This document shows, in pieces, positions 30,159-40,412 of a stretch of DNA of 64,000 nucleotides. The notes beneath the pieces were generated by a model. That model was not told the origin of the DNA. It saw nothing but the letters and a program-made list of their open reading frames with translations, and ran no database searches. This DNA comes from Escherichia coli (GTDB taxonomy: Bacteria; Pseudomonadota; Gammaproteobacteria; Enterobacterales; Enterobacteriaceae): assembly GCF_024223415.1 (NCBI RefSeq), contig NZ_CP100502.1; one strand, given 5' to 3'. Both the position numbers and the translations under genes were made by a program. How positions within the stretch are numbered: position 1 is the first letter of the stretch; every line of letters begins with the position of its first letter.

Positions 30159-31085
30159 TTACAGCAGGTTTTCTTCCACCACGTTGATCAGCGCCTGAGC
30201 GACATCCCCGAGCGGGGTGGGATTGTGATCTTCTTCCACACCGTTGGTGTAAAGGTGAAGCTCACACACCCCGTCCACAAAACGGAAGGCCTTGTCCCAC
30301 CTGTCGGGTTCGGCGCTGATCAGGGCGCTGTAGCCCGGATCGGCGGTAAAGAGGCGGTATTCAAGCTCCGGGAACGGGATGTTCCACATCTGGGTGGCGT
30401 AATTTTCCGGGAGGCTCAGTGTAACGCGCCATGCGCCGCGGGCGTAATTTTCCGGGCGGTAGATACGCACCGTGATGCCATCCCGCGTCCAGCTGTCGCC
30501 GGTGAGGGCAGGCAGTTTTTTCAGGGCGCGGATGGCCTCGATATCTTGGTAAAAGCGGTGTTTTTTTTCCCTCAGTTGCGAGTAGAAGATATTTTTCCAG
30601 GCCTGGTCGATGGTTTCCCTGTCCCGGCCGGCGATCTCGGCAAACAGGGAGAAGGTCAGGGAGATCCCGCGCGGGATATTTTTCCACCCCTTAAGCACCT
30701 GGTCGGCACGGACCTGCAGGAAGGGGGTGTTGTTCAGTACCAACCGGCGGAGCTCCTCTTCCGTCGAGATCCCCAGCAGCTTCTGGTATTCCTGATTCCA
30801 GCGGGTGATAAAATGGCTCTGGTAGCGCTGCTCCATGACCTTAGCGTCCAGATAACTGGCCAGCTCCTCATCCAGGGAGGCGATGAGCGGGTTCTTCAGG
30901 GCAAAGCTGTCGATGACGTCGCGGAAGCTGTCTTCCAGGAACTCACGCAGAAACGTCGCCTTTGGCTTACGGGCGTGGCTTGCCAGGTCGGTGATCACCC
31001 GGTCGGTGTCAGCGGGGATGTTCCGCAGGGTATACGTTACGCTCTCTCCACCGTCGTTTGTCATGTCATGTTCTTTTTCACTCAT
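30159..31085 (-). CDS. Hypothetical protein with ribbon-helix-helix-like N-terminus and uncharacterised C-terminal domain
   Basis: 308-aa ORF; N-terminal VTYTLRNIPADTDRVITDLASHARKPKATFLREFL. Confidence 0.55.
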   Translation of the reverse strand: MSEKEHDMTNDGGESVTYTLRNIPADTDRVITDLASHARKPKATFLREFLEDSFRDVIDSFALKNPLIASLDEELASYLDAKVMEQRYQSHFITRWNQEYQKLLGISTEEELRRLVLNNTPFLQVRADQVLKGWKNIPRGISLTFSLFAEIAGRDRETIDQAWKNIFYSQLREKKHRFYQDIEAIRALKKLPALTGDSWTRDGITVRIYRPENYARGAWRVTLSLPENYATQMWNIPFPELEYRLFTADPGYSALISAEPDRWDKAFRFVDGVCELHLYTNGVEEDHNPTPLGDVAQALINVVEENLL

Positions 31086-31616
31086 CCCGCGTACCTTTTC
31101 ATGTGAGGGGGCATTGCTGCAATACTTATACTCTATCCTGGTTTTGAGTGTCTTTAAATACTGCGAAGCATACGTTTTTATAATTCGTATGCTTCGCTGT
31201 CTGTTTTCTGTTCACTTCCTTTTCTGAGATCCGAAAACCCCAGGTCACGGATCTTCCTCTCCCCCCACACAACGCCACCTCCTGTAAGCACAATATGTAG
31301 TGCTGCATTCAGCTGCTGATGACACTATATGTTGTGTTATTTCCCTTGCCTGTGATGCGCCGTGCAGGGGCGGAAAACAGCGATATGATTATTTCCTCAT
31401 CGTGGTACACTTCCGGAAAGTTGTGATATTCCGGAAAGTCGGATCTGACGGAAACGGCTCTCCGGTAATTTAACTGCGTGGTTATATGGATGCTTGTTAT
31501 CATGGTGATGATGATAACGGCATGATGTTATCAGACGGCGTGACGGTAAGGGCAGTGATGATGGATGACGTTATCGCATGACCGTCCCTGCCCGGAAAAG
31601 AAAAAAGGAGTCACCC

Positions 31617-32030
31617 ATGTTTTTTATTGAGAATGAAGGTCAGGCTGTCGCCAGAACGGATTACTGGCAGTCTGTACAGGCGCAGGCCGGATATGTCTAC
31701 CTCAGCTGGAATGCCGGCGCAGCCAGGCTGCTTGTCCCGGATGCGGCAAAACATTTACTCAGGGAGATGCGGGGAGCTGAGTACGTCATCATCAGTAAGG
31801 GAACGCTCCATGGCCGCGATGCGCTGGAACTGGTATTTGAAGACGGCAGCGATGCGCCGTTCGTGATCCACATGCTGAGTGAGCAGTGCGATCGCCTGCT
31901 CCCCGAAAACAACCAGGGAGGGGGTTTTGTTGTCACCGTCTGGACGCGTGGCGGTAACCAGCTCCGTTATCCGGGAAAATACCGGGTTGTGGAAAACCTG
32001 CCCGACGTTTCCCCGTGGAGTGAACACTGA
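31617..32030 (+). CDS. Hypothetical protein co-transcribed with tyrosine recombinase
   Basis: 137 aa from MFFIENEGQ with SD AAGGAG; stop overlaps recombinase start. Confidence 0.5.
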   Translation: MFFIENEGQAVARTDYWQSVQAQAGYVYLSWNAGAARLLVPDAAKHLLREMRGAEYVIISKGTLHGRDALELVFEDGSDAPFVIHMLSEQCDRLLPENNQGGGFVVTVWTRGGNQLRYPGKYRVVENLPDVSPWSEH

Positions 32031-32031
32031 T

Positions 32032-32811
32032 ATGCAGCACCTGCCGGCACCGATCCACCATGCCCGGGATGCCGCTCAGCTTCCTGTTGCCATCGATTAT
32101 CCGGCAGCGCTGGCACTCCGCCAGATGTCGATGGTTCATGATGAACTGCCCAAATACCTGCTGGCCCCTGAAGTGAGCGCCCTGCTCCATTACGTCCCGG
32201 ATCTGCGCCGCAAGATGCTGCTGGCCACACTGTGGAACACCGGTGCGCGCATTAATGAAGCACTGGCGCTGACGCGGGGGGATTTTTCGCTCACGCCTCC
32301 GTATCCGTTTGTGCAGCTTGCGACCCTGAAACAACGGACCGAAAAAGCCGCCAGGACGGCAGGAAGAACGCCCGCCGGGCAGCAGACTCACCGGCTGGTT
32401 CCGCTCTCCGACTCCTGGTACGTCAGCCAGCTGCAGACGATGGTGGCCACACTGAAAATCCCCATGGAACGGCGTAATAAACGAACAGGCAGGACAGAGA
32501 AAGCGCGGATCTGGGAAGTGACGGACAGAACGGTCAGGACCTGGATTGGGGAGGCGGTTGCCGCCGCTGCCGCTGATGGAGTGACGTTCTCTGTCCCGGT
32601 CACGCCACATACGTTCCGCCATTCCTATGCGATGCATATGCTGTATGCCGGTATACCGCTGAAGGTCCTGCAGAGTCTGATGGGGCATAAGTCCATCAGC
32701 TCAACGGAGGTCTACACGAAGGTGTTTGCACTGGATGTGGCTGCACGGCACCGGGTGCAGTTTTCGATGCCTGAGTCCGATGCGGTGTCTATGCTCAAAA
32801 GAATTCCATAA
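32032..32811 (+). CDS. Tyrosine site-specific recombinase (XerC/D-like; probable multimer-resolution enzyme)
   Basis: 259 aa; C-terminal HTFRHSYAMHMLYAGIPLKVLQSLMGHKSISSTEVYTKV (R-H-R-Y motif region). Confidence 0.8.
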   Translation: MQHLPAPIHHARDAAQLPVAIDYPAALALRQMSMVHDELPKYLLAPEVSALLHYVPDLRRKMLLATLWNTGARINEALALTRGDFSLTPPYPFVQLATLKQRTEKAARTAGRTPAGQQTHRLVPLSDSWYVSQLQTMVATLKIPMERRNKRTGRTEKARIWEVTDRTVRTWIGEAVAAAAADGVTFSVPVTPHTFRHSYAMHMLYAGIPLKVLQSLMGHKSISSTEVYTKVFALDVAARHRVQFSMPESDAVSMLKRIP

Positions 32812-32990
32812 GCTCTGACTTTTTTAAATCCCTTTCGGATATCTCATGGATATATTATCGGTATTTCATATTCTGTTGACATGCAGGACCGGTATAGAGT
32901 AAAAAAACATCTATTGAGTACCTCTTGGATATCCGAAAGGTGTCTTATGGGGTCTTTATGGGTATTACATGTGGATTCTGGAGATACACT

Positions 32991-33635
32991 ATGCCTGTTA
33001 TTGCTAATACGCATCCCAAAGGTGGTGTGGGTAAGACAACTTCATCCGTAAACATTGTTGGTGAAATGAAGTCTGATACAGTTGATCTGGATACTCATAC
33101 CGGGCTTTCTATCATTCTGGGGCTGAGACCTGAAGGAAAAGAAATTTCCGTGAAAGTACCCAAAACAGTGGATGAGTTAATCGAAATTATGACTCCCTAC
33201 AAGAACAGCGATAAGACGTTACTTATTGACTGTGGGGGATTTGACTCAGATCTTACCCGTACTGCGATTGCCTTTGCAGACTGCGTTATTGTTCCTTCAA
33301 AAGACTCCCTGACTGAACGTATTGGTTTGATGCATTTTGATGGAGTACTGGACGAAATCAGCTCTATCATGGGGACCGATATAACTGCTCACCTGTATCT
33401 CTGTAAAGTTAATCCTAACAAGAAGAAATTCCCTAAGCTTGATGCAATCCTGCCATCGTTCAAACATCTGAAGCTGATGAAGAGCCGCATTTCTGCTCGT
33501 GCAGAATTTGAGGATGTCATTGAGACTGGGATGGGAATCACTGAGTCTGTTCATGGGCGCTATTCGGCAGGAGGTAAGGAAGTTATTGCCCTGATCGAAG
33601 AAATCAATCATCTGATTGAAAATAACAAACAGTAA
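32991..33635 (+). CDS. ParA/ParF-like partition ATPase (small type Ib ParA)
   Basis: Deviant Walker A KGGVGKTT; 214 aa. Confidence 0.8.
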   Translation: MPVIANTHPKGGVGKTTSSVNIVGEMKSDTVDLDTHTGLSIILGLRPEGKEISVKVPKTVDELIEIMTPYKNSDKTLLIDCGGFDSDLTRTAIAFADCVIVPSKDSLTERIGLMHFDGVLDEISSIMGTDITAHLYLCKVNPNKKKFPKLDAILPSFKHLKLMKSRISARAEFEDVIETGMGITESVHGRYSAGGKEVIALIEEINHLIENNKQ

Positions 33636-33721
33636 GGTGTGTCTATTGGGTATCCATATAGTATCCTTTGGGCTTTTAATGGATATCTTTTAAGTATCTA
33701 ACAAACATCCTGGGTTATCTC

Positions 33722-34030
33722 ATGAGCAAAGCGAAATTTAGTGCACAGGCTGAAAAACTGAAAAACCTGGTGGATTCTGCCAGATTACAAACTTCTTCTT
33801 CTGCCGTAACAGCAACAGCCCCGTCTCAGCCAAATGAAGGTGCAGAGGAAGTTTCAGGTCGTCCCGTGGCTGCCAGGACGAAGGCTAAGAATCTTAAGGC
33901 CATACCGCTGTCGTATTTTGAAGCTCATGCGGAACTTAAAGCGACCAGTAAAACATCTCTGGATTTTAGCTCATATATTATTGAGGCTATAAGAGAGAAG
34001 CTTGAACGTGATGGTGCAATAGGTCAATAA
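33722..34030 (+). CDS. ParG/ParB-like small centromere-binding protein
   Basis: 102-aa ORF downstream of ParA; flanked by GGATATC/GGTATC-type repeats. Confidence 0.55.
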   Translation: MSKAKFSAQAEKLKNLVDSARLQTSSSAVTATAPSQPNEGAEEVSGRPVAARTKAKNLKAIPLSYFEAHAELKATSKTSLDFSSYIIEAIREKLERDGAIGQ

Positions 34031-34139
34031 ACTATCGGATACCTTAAGGGTATCTGATGTGTGTCTTTTAAATGCGTTATGGGGATTCTTCACGTACCTA
34101 AAGAGTCCCCATTAGACATCTTTCTGTTTATGGTGACAT

Positions 34140-34440
34140 GATTCGTCACCGCTTTCCTTTCCTCTCAGTTTCACCATTTCATTCCTTTTCCCTTAACCTG
34201 AACCATGATGTCCACGATGTTTTTATATTGCATTTATGTATCACATATAACCTTCATAATGTTTTTGTATCTATGATTTCCTCTGGTCTTAAAGTTGTGT
34301 GTACAATGTACATGCAATTTATCGTGTTTTTATGTTACATTTGTCCTTTCAAAAAGACCGTTTTTTCATTATAATTGAATATACATTGCATGTATGAAGC
34401 ATGTTTGTTTTTTCTATTTGTTTATGAGCAACGGAGACTG
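34140..34440. promoter_or_regulatory. parC-like centromere/promoter region upstream of parM
   Basis: AT-rich with reiterated short motifs. Confidence 0.4.
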
Positions 34441-34443
34441 GTT

Positions 34444-35424
34444 ATGAAAATCTTTATTGATGATGGTTCTACCAACATTAAACTTGCCTGGTTGGAGGAT
34501 GGTGACGTGAAAACGTTAATCAGCCCTAACAGCTTTAAACCGGAATGGTCTTTTAGTTTACTGGATGATGCTGCTCCGGCTAATTACGAGATCGACGGCG
34601 AGAAGTTTTCATTTGATCCATTAAGTGCTGATGCTGTCGTAACGACTGAAACACGCTATCAGTACAGTGATGTGAATGTTGTGGCCATTCAGCATGCGCT
34701 ACAGCAGACCGGCCTGAAAGCGCAGCCTGTTGATGTCATCGTCACATTGCCGATCTCTGAATACCTTGACGCCAACAATCAGAAAAATAAGCAAAACATT
34801 GAAAGAAAGAAAAAAAATGTGATGCGTGAAGTACGGGTGCAGGGGAGTGATGCATTTGTTATTCGCAGTGTTTCCGTTCTTCCTGAAAGTATTCCCGCTG
34901 GTTTCAGTGTTCTTGCGGGGCTTGAGGATGATGAATCCCTTTTGATCGTAGATCTCGGTGGTACAACTCTTGATGTGTCGCATGTTCGTAGCAAAATGAC
35001 AGGGATTACAAAAACCTGGTGTGATCCGAATATCGGCGTGTCCCTGATTACATCCGGGGTTAAGGAACAGATGGCTGTACATGCTAATACAAGAGTGAGC
35101 TCATTCCAGGCTGACAATATCATTGTGCACCGTAATGAACCTGACTACCTTTCCCGTCGCATTTATAATGCTGAACAGCGTGAGTCTATCATTAATGTTA
35201 TCAATGAACGGCAGAAGTTGCTTATTAAACGAGTTAATGATGTCATCAGCCGTTTCACCGACTATACACATGTAATGTGTGTTGGTGGTGGGGCTGAAAT
35301 TGTGGCCGAGGCTGTGAAGAACCTGACTAAGGTTCCTGATGAGCGCTTTTATCTGAGCTCATCCCCGCAGTTTGATTTAGTCATGGGAATGATAAAAATG
35401 AAAGGTGGTGTGACTAATGAGTGA
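34444..35424 (+). CDS. parM: ParM/StbA actin-like segregation ATPase
   Basis: MKIFIDDGSTNIKLAW...DLGGTTLDV, close similarity to R1 ParM. Confidence 0.9.
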   Translation: MKIFIDDGSTNIKLAWLEDGDVKTLISPNSFKPEWSFSLLDDAAPANYEIDGEKFSFDPLSADAVVTTETRYQYSDVNVVAIQHALQQTGLKAQPVDVIVTLPISEYLDANNQKNKQNIERKKKNVMREVRVQGSDAFVIRSVSVLPESIPAGFSVLAGLEDDESLLIVDLGGTTLDVSHVRSKMTGITKTWCDPNIGVSLITSGVKEQMAVHANTRVSSFQADNIIVHRNEPDYLSRRIYNAEQRESIINVINERQKLLIKRVNDVISRFTDYTHVMCVGGGAEIVAEAVKNLTKVPDERFYLSSSPQFDLVMGMIKMKGGVTNE

Positions 35425-35833
35425 TGAAAATAAATCCAGACGCTGCTCATTTGAACTTTTCCCGGATGAACGGACAGGAGATAAGATAGCAGATGAGCTC
35501 ATTGCAAATGAAAAACTGAAGGAGCGGGGACGTTTCATGCGCGCGATGTTAGTTACTGGTGCGGCGTTTGCAGCTATAGATAAACGTCTTCCTTTGCTGA
35601 TATCGGAGTTACTGACAGAAAATACGACTCTGGATGATATTAATAAGGTGATTTCCAGCGTAATACCAGGTGCTTTTTCGGTTGAAAAGAAATTGCTTGA
35701 ATTACTGGAAAAACAATCTGGTCTCCATACGTCTGTGGATTGCAGTACTCCTCTTACAGAGCAGAGTCTGTCGAGAAATGACGGTGAAGACCAGACCAGA
35801 AGAAACGCTGAAAATATGTTCGGAGATGACTGA
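35417..35833 (+). CDS. parR: ParR/StbB centromere-binding adaptor
   Basis: 138-aa ORF overlapping parM stop; resembles R1 ParR. Confidence 0.8.
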   Translation: MSDENKSRRCSFELFPDERTGDKIADELIANEKLKERGRFMRAMLVTGAAFAAIDKRLPLLISELLTENTTLDDINKVISSVIPGAFSVEKKLLELLEKQSGLHTSVDCSTPLTEQSLSRNDGEDQTRRNAENMFGDD

Positions 35834-35834
35834 A

Positions 35835-37109
35835 CTAACCCAGCCTGGCCAGGGGAATATCTCGCCATTTAGTTGTATAACACTGACTCAACATTTCCCG
35901 TTTCATTTGCCATTCAGGGGCGGTTCCTCGCCCCGCAAACCACACTTTCCCTTTTCCCGACTGGTTCAGTTCATCGAGTGTTTTCATTAACTTTTCACTG
36001 TTTTTACGGGGCTGGATTTCATCAAATAATCCCGGCTGCGCTATACCCGATGGTGTGAAATCAGCCAGCATGACACCTGCCTTCATATAGCGGTACCCTT
36101 CACGCCAGACATGGTTTAAGGCTCTGCATGCGGCGGCAATAATGTCCCGGCTGTCCTGTGTGGGCAATGGAAGCTTTTCCACAGCGGCATTGCTGTAACA
36201 GGGTTCTTTTACTGCAAAGGGTGATGTCCGTACAAATGTCGTCACCTGCCGGCAATACTGACGCTCCCCACGTAGTTTCTCTGCGGCCCGCTCTGCATAC
36301 TGAACAACAGCCTGGTGCATGGCATCTTTGTCTGTGATTCGTTCACCAAAACTGCGACTACAGACAATCTGCTGTTTTGCCGGTGGTGCTTCTTCCAGGG
36401 ATATGCAGGACTCGCCGTTGAGTTCGCGTACCGTACGCTCAAGAATGACGCTGAAGTTTTTCCGGATGAATGCCGTGTTAGCCTGCGCCAGCTGCAGTGC
36501 TGTGTTAATACCCAGCGCATTCAGCTTTTCCGTCAGTCTGTGTCCTACTCCCCAGACCTCACCAACTGGCTGCAGCCCCAGTAGCTTCAAGATCCGATTA
36601 CGGTTTTCTGCCGTCAGCGCGACCACTCCGGAAAACTGTGGCCATTGCTTTGTTGCCCACTGTGCACTTTTAGCCAGCGTTTTTGTAGGCGCAATGCCCA
36701 CCCCCATGGTGAGTCCTGTCCAGCTCTTTACCTGTTTCCTGAGCTGATGACCAAAAAACTCCGGAGAGATGCAATGATTTATCCCCCGCAAATCAATGAA
36801 CATTTCATCAATTGAGTAGGGCTCAACTGCGGGAGAAAGCGACTCCAGAACAGCCATAACCCGTTGGCTCATGCTGTGGTACAGCGCATAATTGCTGGAA
36901 AATACATGTATTTTCTTCTCCAGGCGCATTTGTCTCACCTGAAACCAGGGCTGCCCCATTCTGATGCCAAGGGCTTTTGCCTCCGGGCTGCGCGCGATCA
37001 CACAGCCATCGTTATTGCTGAGTACGATGACCGGTTCGTTGCGAAGGTCCGGGCGGAAAACTTTTTCACATGAGGCGTAGAAACTGTTGATATCAGCCAG
37101 TGCAAACAT
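35835..37109 (-). CDS. impB: Error-prone polymerase subunit, UmuC homologue
   Basis: 424-aa Y-family polymerase ORF (MFALADINSFYASCE). Confidence 0.9.
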   Translation of the reverse strand: MFALADINSFYASCEKVFRPDLRNEPVIVLSNNDGCVIARSPEAKALGIRMGQPWFQVRQMRLEKKIHVFSSNYALYHSMSQRVMAVLESLSPAVEPYSIDEMFIDLRGINHCISPEFFGHQLRKQVKSWTGLTMGVGIAPTKTLAKSAQWATKQWPQFSGVVALTAENRNRILKLLGLQPVGEVWGVGHRLTEKLNALGINTALQLAQANTAFIRKNFSVILERTVRELNGESCISLEEAPPAKQQIVCSRSFGERITDKDAMHQAVVQYAERAAEKLRGERQYCRQVTTFVRTSPFAVKEPCYSNAAVEKLPLPTQDSRDIIAAACRALNHVWREGYRYMKAGVMLADFTPSGIAQPGLFDEIQPRKNSEKLMKTLDELNQSGKGKVWFAGRGTAPEWQMKREMLSQCYTTKWRDIPLARLG

Positions 37110-37546
37110 CAGCGTAACTCCCGCGTCCTGTGTATCACGTGAGTGACAACACCAAAAATACAGATGTTTTCCGGATACAGTGTGCGGAACTCCGGGCTGT
37201 CTGAAACCGGCTCCAGTGCCGGGCGTGGGCGCAACAGCAGTCGTTTGACGGTGAACTCACCGTCGATCTCAGCGATAACGATGTCCCCGTGTTGTGGTTT
37301 TTCGGCCCTGTCCACTACCAGCAGATCACCATTCTGCACGCCAGCCTGGTTCATCGATTCACCGCTGGCGCGCAGAAAGAAGGTGGCTGCAGGTCTGCTG
37401 ATGCAATAGCTGTTCAGATCCAGTTCCTGCTCAGCATAATCAGTGGCAGGCGAAGGAAAACCGGCCTGGCAACGATCGGCAAACAACGGTCGCACGTAAC
37501 TGTCATCGCCTGAAGGGTCAGCCGGACGGTGATAAACGGTACTCAT
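37109..37546 (-). CDS. impA: UmuD homologue
   Basis: 145-aa ORF with LexA-like self-cleavage domain. Confidence 0.85.
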   Translation of the reverse strand: MSTVYHRPADPSGDDSYVRPLFADRCQAGFPSPATDYAEQELDLNSYCISRPAATFFLRASGESMNQAGVQNGDLLVVDRAEKPQHGDIVIAEIDGEFTVKRLLLRPRPALEPVSDSPEFRTLYPENICIFGVVTHVIHRTRELR

Positions 37547-37791
37547 GCTGCAGGCAGCCAGCTGTCGTCCTGCCAGATTTCTTCCAGCAGAGACAGGATA
37601 CGTTCTTTATCCTTGTCGTTGCGGGCTCCTGTGACAGATACAGACGGGGCGCTGCCCTGGTCTATACGCAGCCAGATTTCCGGGTAGTGTGGTTTCAGAC
37701 GTTGTTCGATTTCATTCTGTAGCGCCTGAAGTGTGCCTGATTTGAGGTTTTTTGTGCTCTGGCGGTCGAAAAGAATTTCAATGCGGATCAT
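37543..37791 (-). CDS. impC: ImpC, small first gene of the impCAB operon
   Basis: 82-aa ORF upstream of and overlapping impA. Confidence 0.75.
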   Translation of the reverse strand: MIRIEILFDRQSTKNLKSGTLQALQNEIEQRLKPHYPEIWLRIDQGSAPSVSVTGARNDKDKERILSLLEEIWQDDSWLPAA

Positions 37792-37814
37792 GTTCTCATC
37801 TCCCTTTTCTTTTG

Positions 37815-37830
37815 CTGTATGTATATACAG
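37815..37830. promoter_or_regulatory. LexA box (CTGT-N8-ACAG) in the impCAB promoter
   Basis: CTGTATGTATATACAG just upstream of impC. Confidence 0.8.
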
Positions 37831-38184
37831 TATTCTAATAACTGAATCCGCACACAGTCAAATGTCATTGTTGTGACTAAAAAACGCTCAATTCTCTGAG
37901 TGTGTGGCTGTATGCCTGCTGTGGGCTGCTGTGTCCAGCTTATCCACAGCATTTTGTGCACGGTTCTGTGGACAAAATACCTGGTTACCCAGGCCGTGCC
38001 GGCACGTTAACCGGGCTGCATCCGATGCAAGTGTGTCGCTGTCGCCGGCCTCCTCACCCGGTCACGTTTCGTCGTTCCTCCTCCACGCGCTGCGGCTTCG
38101 GGGCCGCACCTGCATTCGTATGCGGTCGCCCGGTAACAGGTGCGGCACGGCCTGATGGAGGCCGCATGTGAGAGGAGAATTCCC

Positions 38185-39111
38185 ATGCCAAACTGGTGCT
38201 CGAATCGTATGTATTTTTCTGGTGAACCGGCACAGATCGCTGAGATTAAACGACTGGCCAGCGGTGCAGTTACACCGCTTTATCGCCGCGCCACAAATGA
38301 AGGTATTCAGCTGTTTCTGGCCGGAAGTGCCGGACTTCTGCAGATCACTGAAAATATCCGCTCTGAACAGTGCCCCGGAGTGACGGCTGCCGGACGTGGT
38401 GCTGTATCGACGGAAAATATCGCGTTCACCCGCTGGCTGACACACCTGCAGAACGGTGTACTGCTGGATGAGCAAAACTGCCTGATGCTGCATGAACTCT
38501 GGCTGCAGAGCGGTACTGGACAGCGTCGCTGGGAAGGATTACCGGATGATGTCAGGGAAACCATCACTGTGCATTTCACCGCAAAAAGAGGTGACTGGTG
38601 TGACATCTGGGGTAGCGAGGATGTATCGGTGTGGTGGAACCGTCTGTGTGACAACGTAGTGCCGGAAAAAACCATGCCGTTTGACCTGCTGACGGTTCTG
38701 CCGACCCGCCTGGATGTTGAAGTGAATGGCTTTAATGGTGGTGTTCTGAACGGTGTTCCTTCTGCATATCACTGGTATACAGAACGGTATGGCGTGAAGT
38801 GGCCTTGTGGGTATGACCTGAATATCAGTAGTCAGGGAGACAACTGCATTCAGGTGGATTTCGACACGCCGTGGTGTCAGCCGGAAAGCGACGTTGTTGC
38901 AGCATTAAGCCGCCGTTTCGGCTGCACGCTGGAGCACTGGTACGCCGAACAGGGCTGCAATTTCTGTGGCTGGCAGTTGTATGAGCGCGGAGAGCTCGTT
39001 GATGTGCTCTGGGGGGAACTGGAATGGTCTTCCCCGACAGATGACGATGAGCTGCCGGAAGTCACCGGACCTGCGTGGATAGTCGACAAGGTGGCGCATT
39101 ACGGGGGATGA
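38185..39111 (+). CDS. Hypothetical leading-region protein
   Basis: 308 aa from MPNWCSNRMYF with SD GAGGAG. Confidence 0.55.
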   Translation: MPNWCSNRMYFSGEPAQIAEIKRLASGAVTPLYRRATNEGIQLFLAGSAGLLQITENIRSEQCPGVTAAGRGAVSTENIAFTRWLTHLQNGVLLDEQNCLMLHELWLQSGTGQRRWEGLPDDVRETITVHFTAKRGDWCDIWGSEDVSVWWNRLCDNVVPEKTMPFDLLTVLPTRLDVEVNGFNGGVLNGVPSAYHWYTERYGVKWPCGYDLNISSQGDNCIQVDFDTPWCQPESDVVAALSRRFGCTLEHWYAEQGCNFCGWQLYERGELVDVLWGELEWSSPTDDDELPEVTGPAWIVDKVAHYGG

Positions 39112-39495
39112 AGTATGACGGAGACGGGCGGGCAACCGCCCGTTTCTTTTCCGACAAAGGATGTCGCCGTGCTCCTCTGTTTACTGCGCCGGCTGATGCG
39201 GCGCGGCATAAACGCTGCCTGTGGTCAGTGTCCCGCGTCCGGCGGGCACGGGACGGGCGCTTTTACCGCTCCCGGCTGGCGTCGGTGACAGTGTACGCCA
39301 GCCTGTCGCCCTTTTCTGATGAACGCCCTTCAAGCCGCTTTCGCGGCATATTCTCGCCGTCAAAAAGACGACGGCTGCGATATTCCACGGTCGGCCTGAC
39401 CCGTTACCGGACGCGGTGAACAGCCCACAGGCAGCGGGGAACGGGCACCACAGGGGTGCCCTCCCGGTGCCCTCTGAGAAAGAAGGAGTGTTGTT

Positions 39496-40179
39496 ATGTC
39501 CCGTTTTGTCCTCGGTAACTGCATTGATGTTATGGCGCGTATTCCTGATAACGGCATTGATTTCATACTGACTGACCCGCCATACCTCGTCGGTTTTCGT
39601 GACCGACAGGGGCGTACCATCGCCGGCGATAAAACCGATGAATGGCTGCAACCAGCCTGTAATGAAATGTATCGCGTACTCAAAAAAGATGCGCTGATGG
39701 TCAGCTTCTACGGCTGGAACCGCGTCGATCGCTTTATGGCCGCCTGGAAAAATGCGGGATTCAGTGTGGTTGGGCACCTGGTCTTCACCAAAAACTACAC
39801 ATCGAAGGCCGCATATGTGGGTTATCGCCACGAATGCGCCTACGTTCTGGCAAAAGGCCGTCCGGCGCTGCCTCAGAAGCCATTACCCGACGTGCTGGGC
39901 TGGAAATATTCAGGCAATCGTCATCACCCGACGGAAAAGCCTGTTACCAGCCTGCAACCACTGATTGAGAGCTTCACACATCCGAACGCGATTGTGCTGG
40001 ACCCGTTTGCAGGCAGCGGCTCAACCTGCGTGGCTGCCCTTCAGTCCGGACGCCGGTATATCGGTATCGAGCTGCTTGAGCAGTATCACCGTGCCGGACA
40101 GCAACGTCTGGCTGCCGTACAGCGGGCCATGCAGCAGGGGGCCGCAAATGATGACTGGTTTATGCCGGAGGCTGCGTAA
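39496..40179 (+). CDS. Orphan DNA methyltransferase (N6-adenine/N4-cytosine type, DPPY motif)
   Basis: 227-aa ORF; DPPY motif and FAGSGST AdoMet-binding motif. Confidence 0.85.
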   Translation: MSRFVLGNCIDVMARIPDNGIDFILTDPPYLVGFRDRQGRTIAGDKTDEWLQPACNEMYRVLKKDALMVSFYGWNRVDRFMAAWKNAGFSVVGHLVFTKNYTSKAAYVGYRHECAYVLAKGRPALPQKPLPDVLGWKYSGNRHHPTEKPVTSLQPLIESFTHPNAIVLDPFAGSGSTCVAALQSGRRYIGIELLEQYHRAGQQRLAAVQRAMQQGAANDDWFMPEAA

Positions 40180-40401
40180 ATGAACTATGCCGGACATGAA
40201 AAACTTCGCGCCGAAGTGGCGGAGGTGGCCAATGCCATGTGCGACCTGCGTACAACCATGAATGAGATGGAGCGGCGGTACAGCTTTAATGCTGACACCC
40301 TGCCGGAACGTCTGGTGCGTCAGACGTTGTTTCGCGCAAACCGCCTCCTGATGGAGGCATATACCGAAATTCTGGAACTGGATTCCTGCTTCAAAGATTG
40401 A
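40180..40401 (+). CDS. Hypothetical small protein
   Basis: 73-aa ORF starting at the methylase stop. Confidence 0.45.
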   Translation: MNYAGHEKLRAEVAEVANAMCDLRTTMNEMERRYSFNADTLPERLVRQTLFRANRLLMEAYTEILELDSCFKD

Positions 40402-40412
40402 GGGGAGAGAGT

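Noticed and set aside
38062-38675. Minus-strand ORFs (38062-38493, 38307-38675) opposite the 38185-39111 leading-region gene
   Set aside because: Antisense to a gene with a strong ribosome-binding site and consistent orientation with the rest of the leading region; Ser/Cys-rich translations
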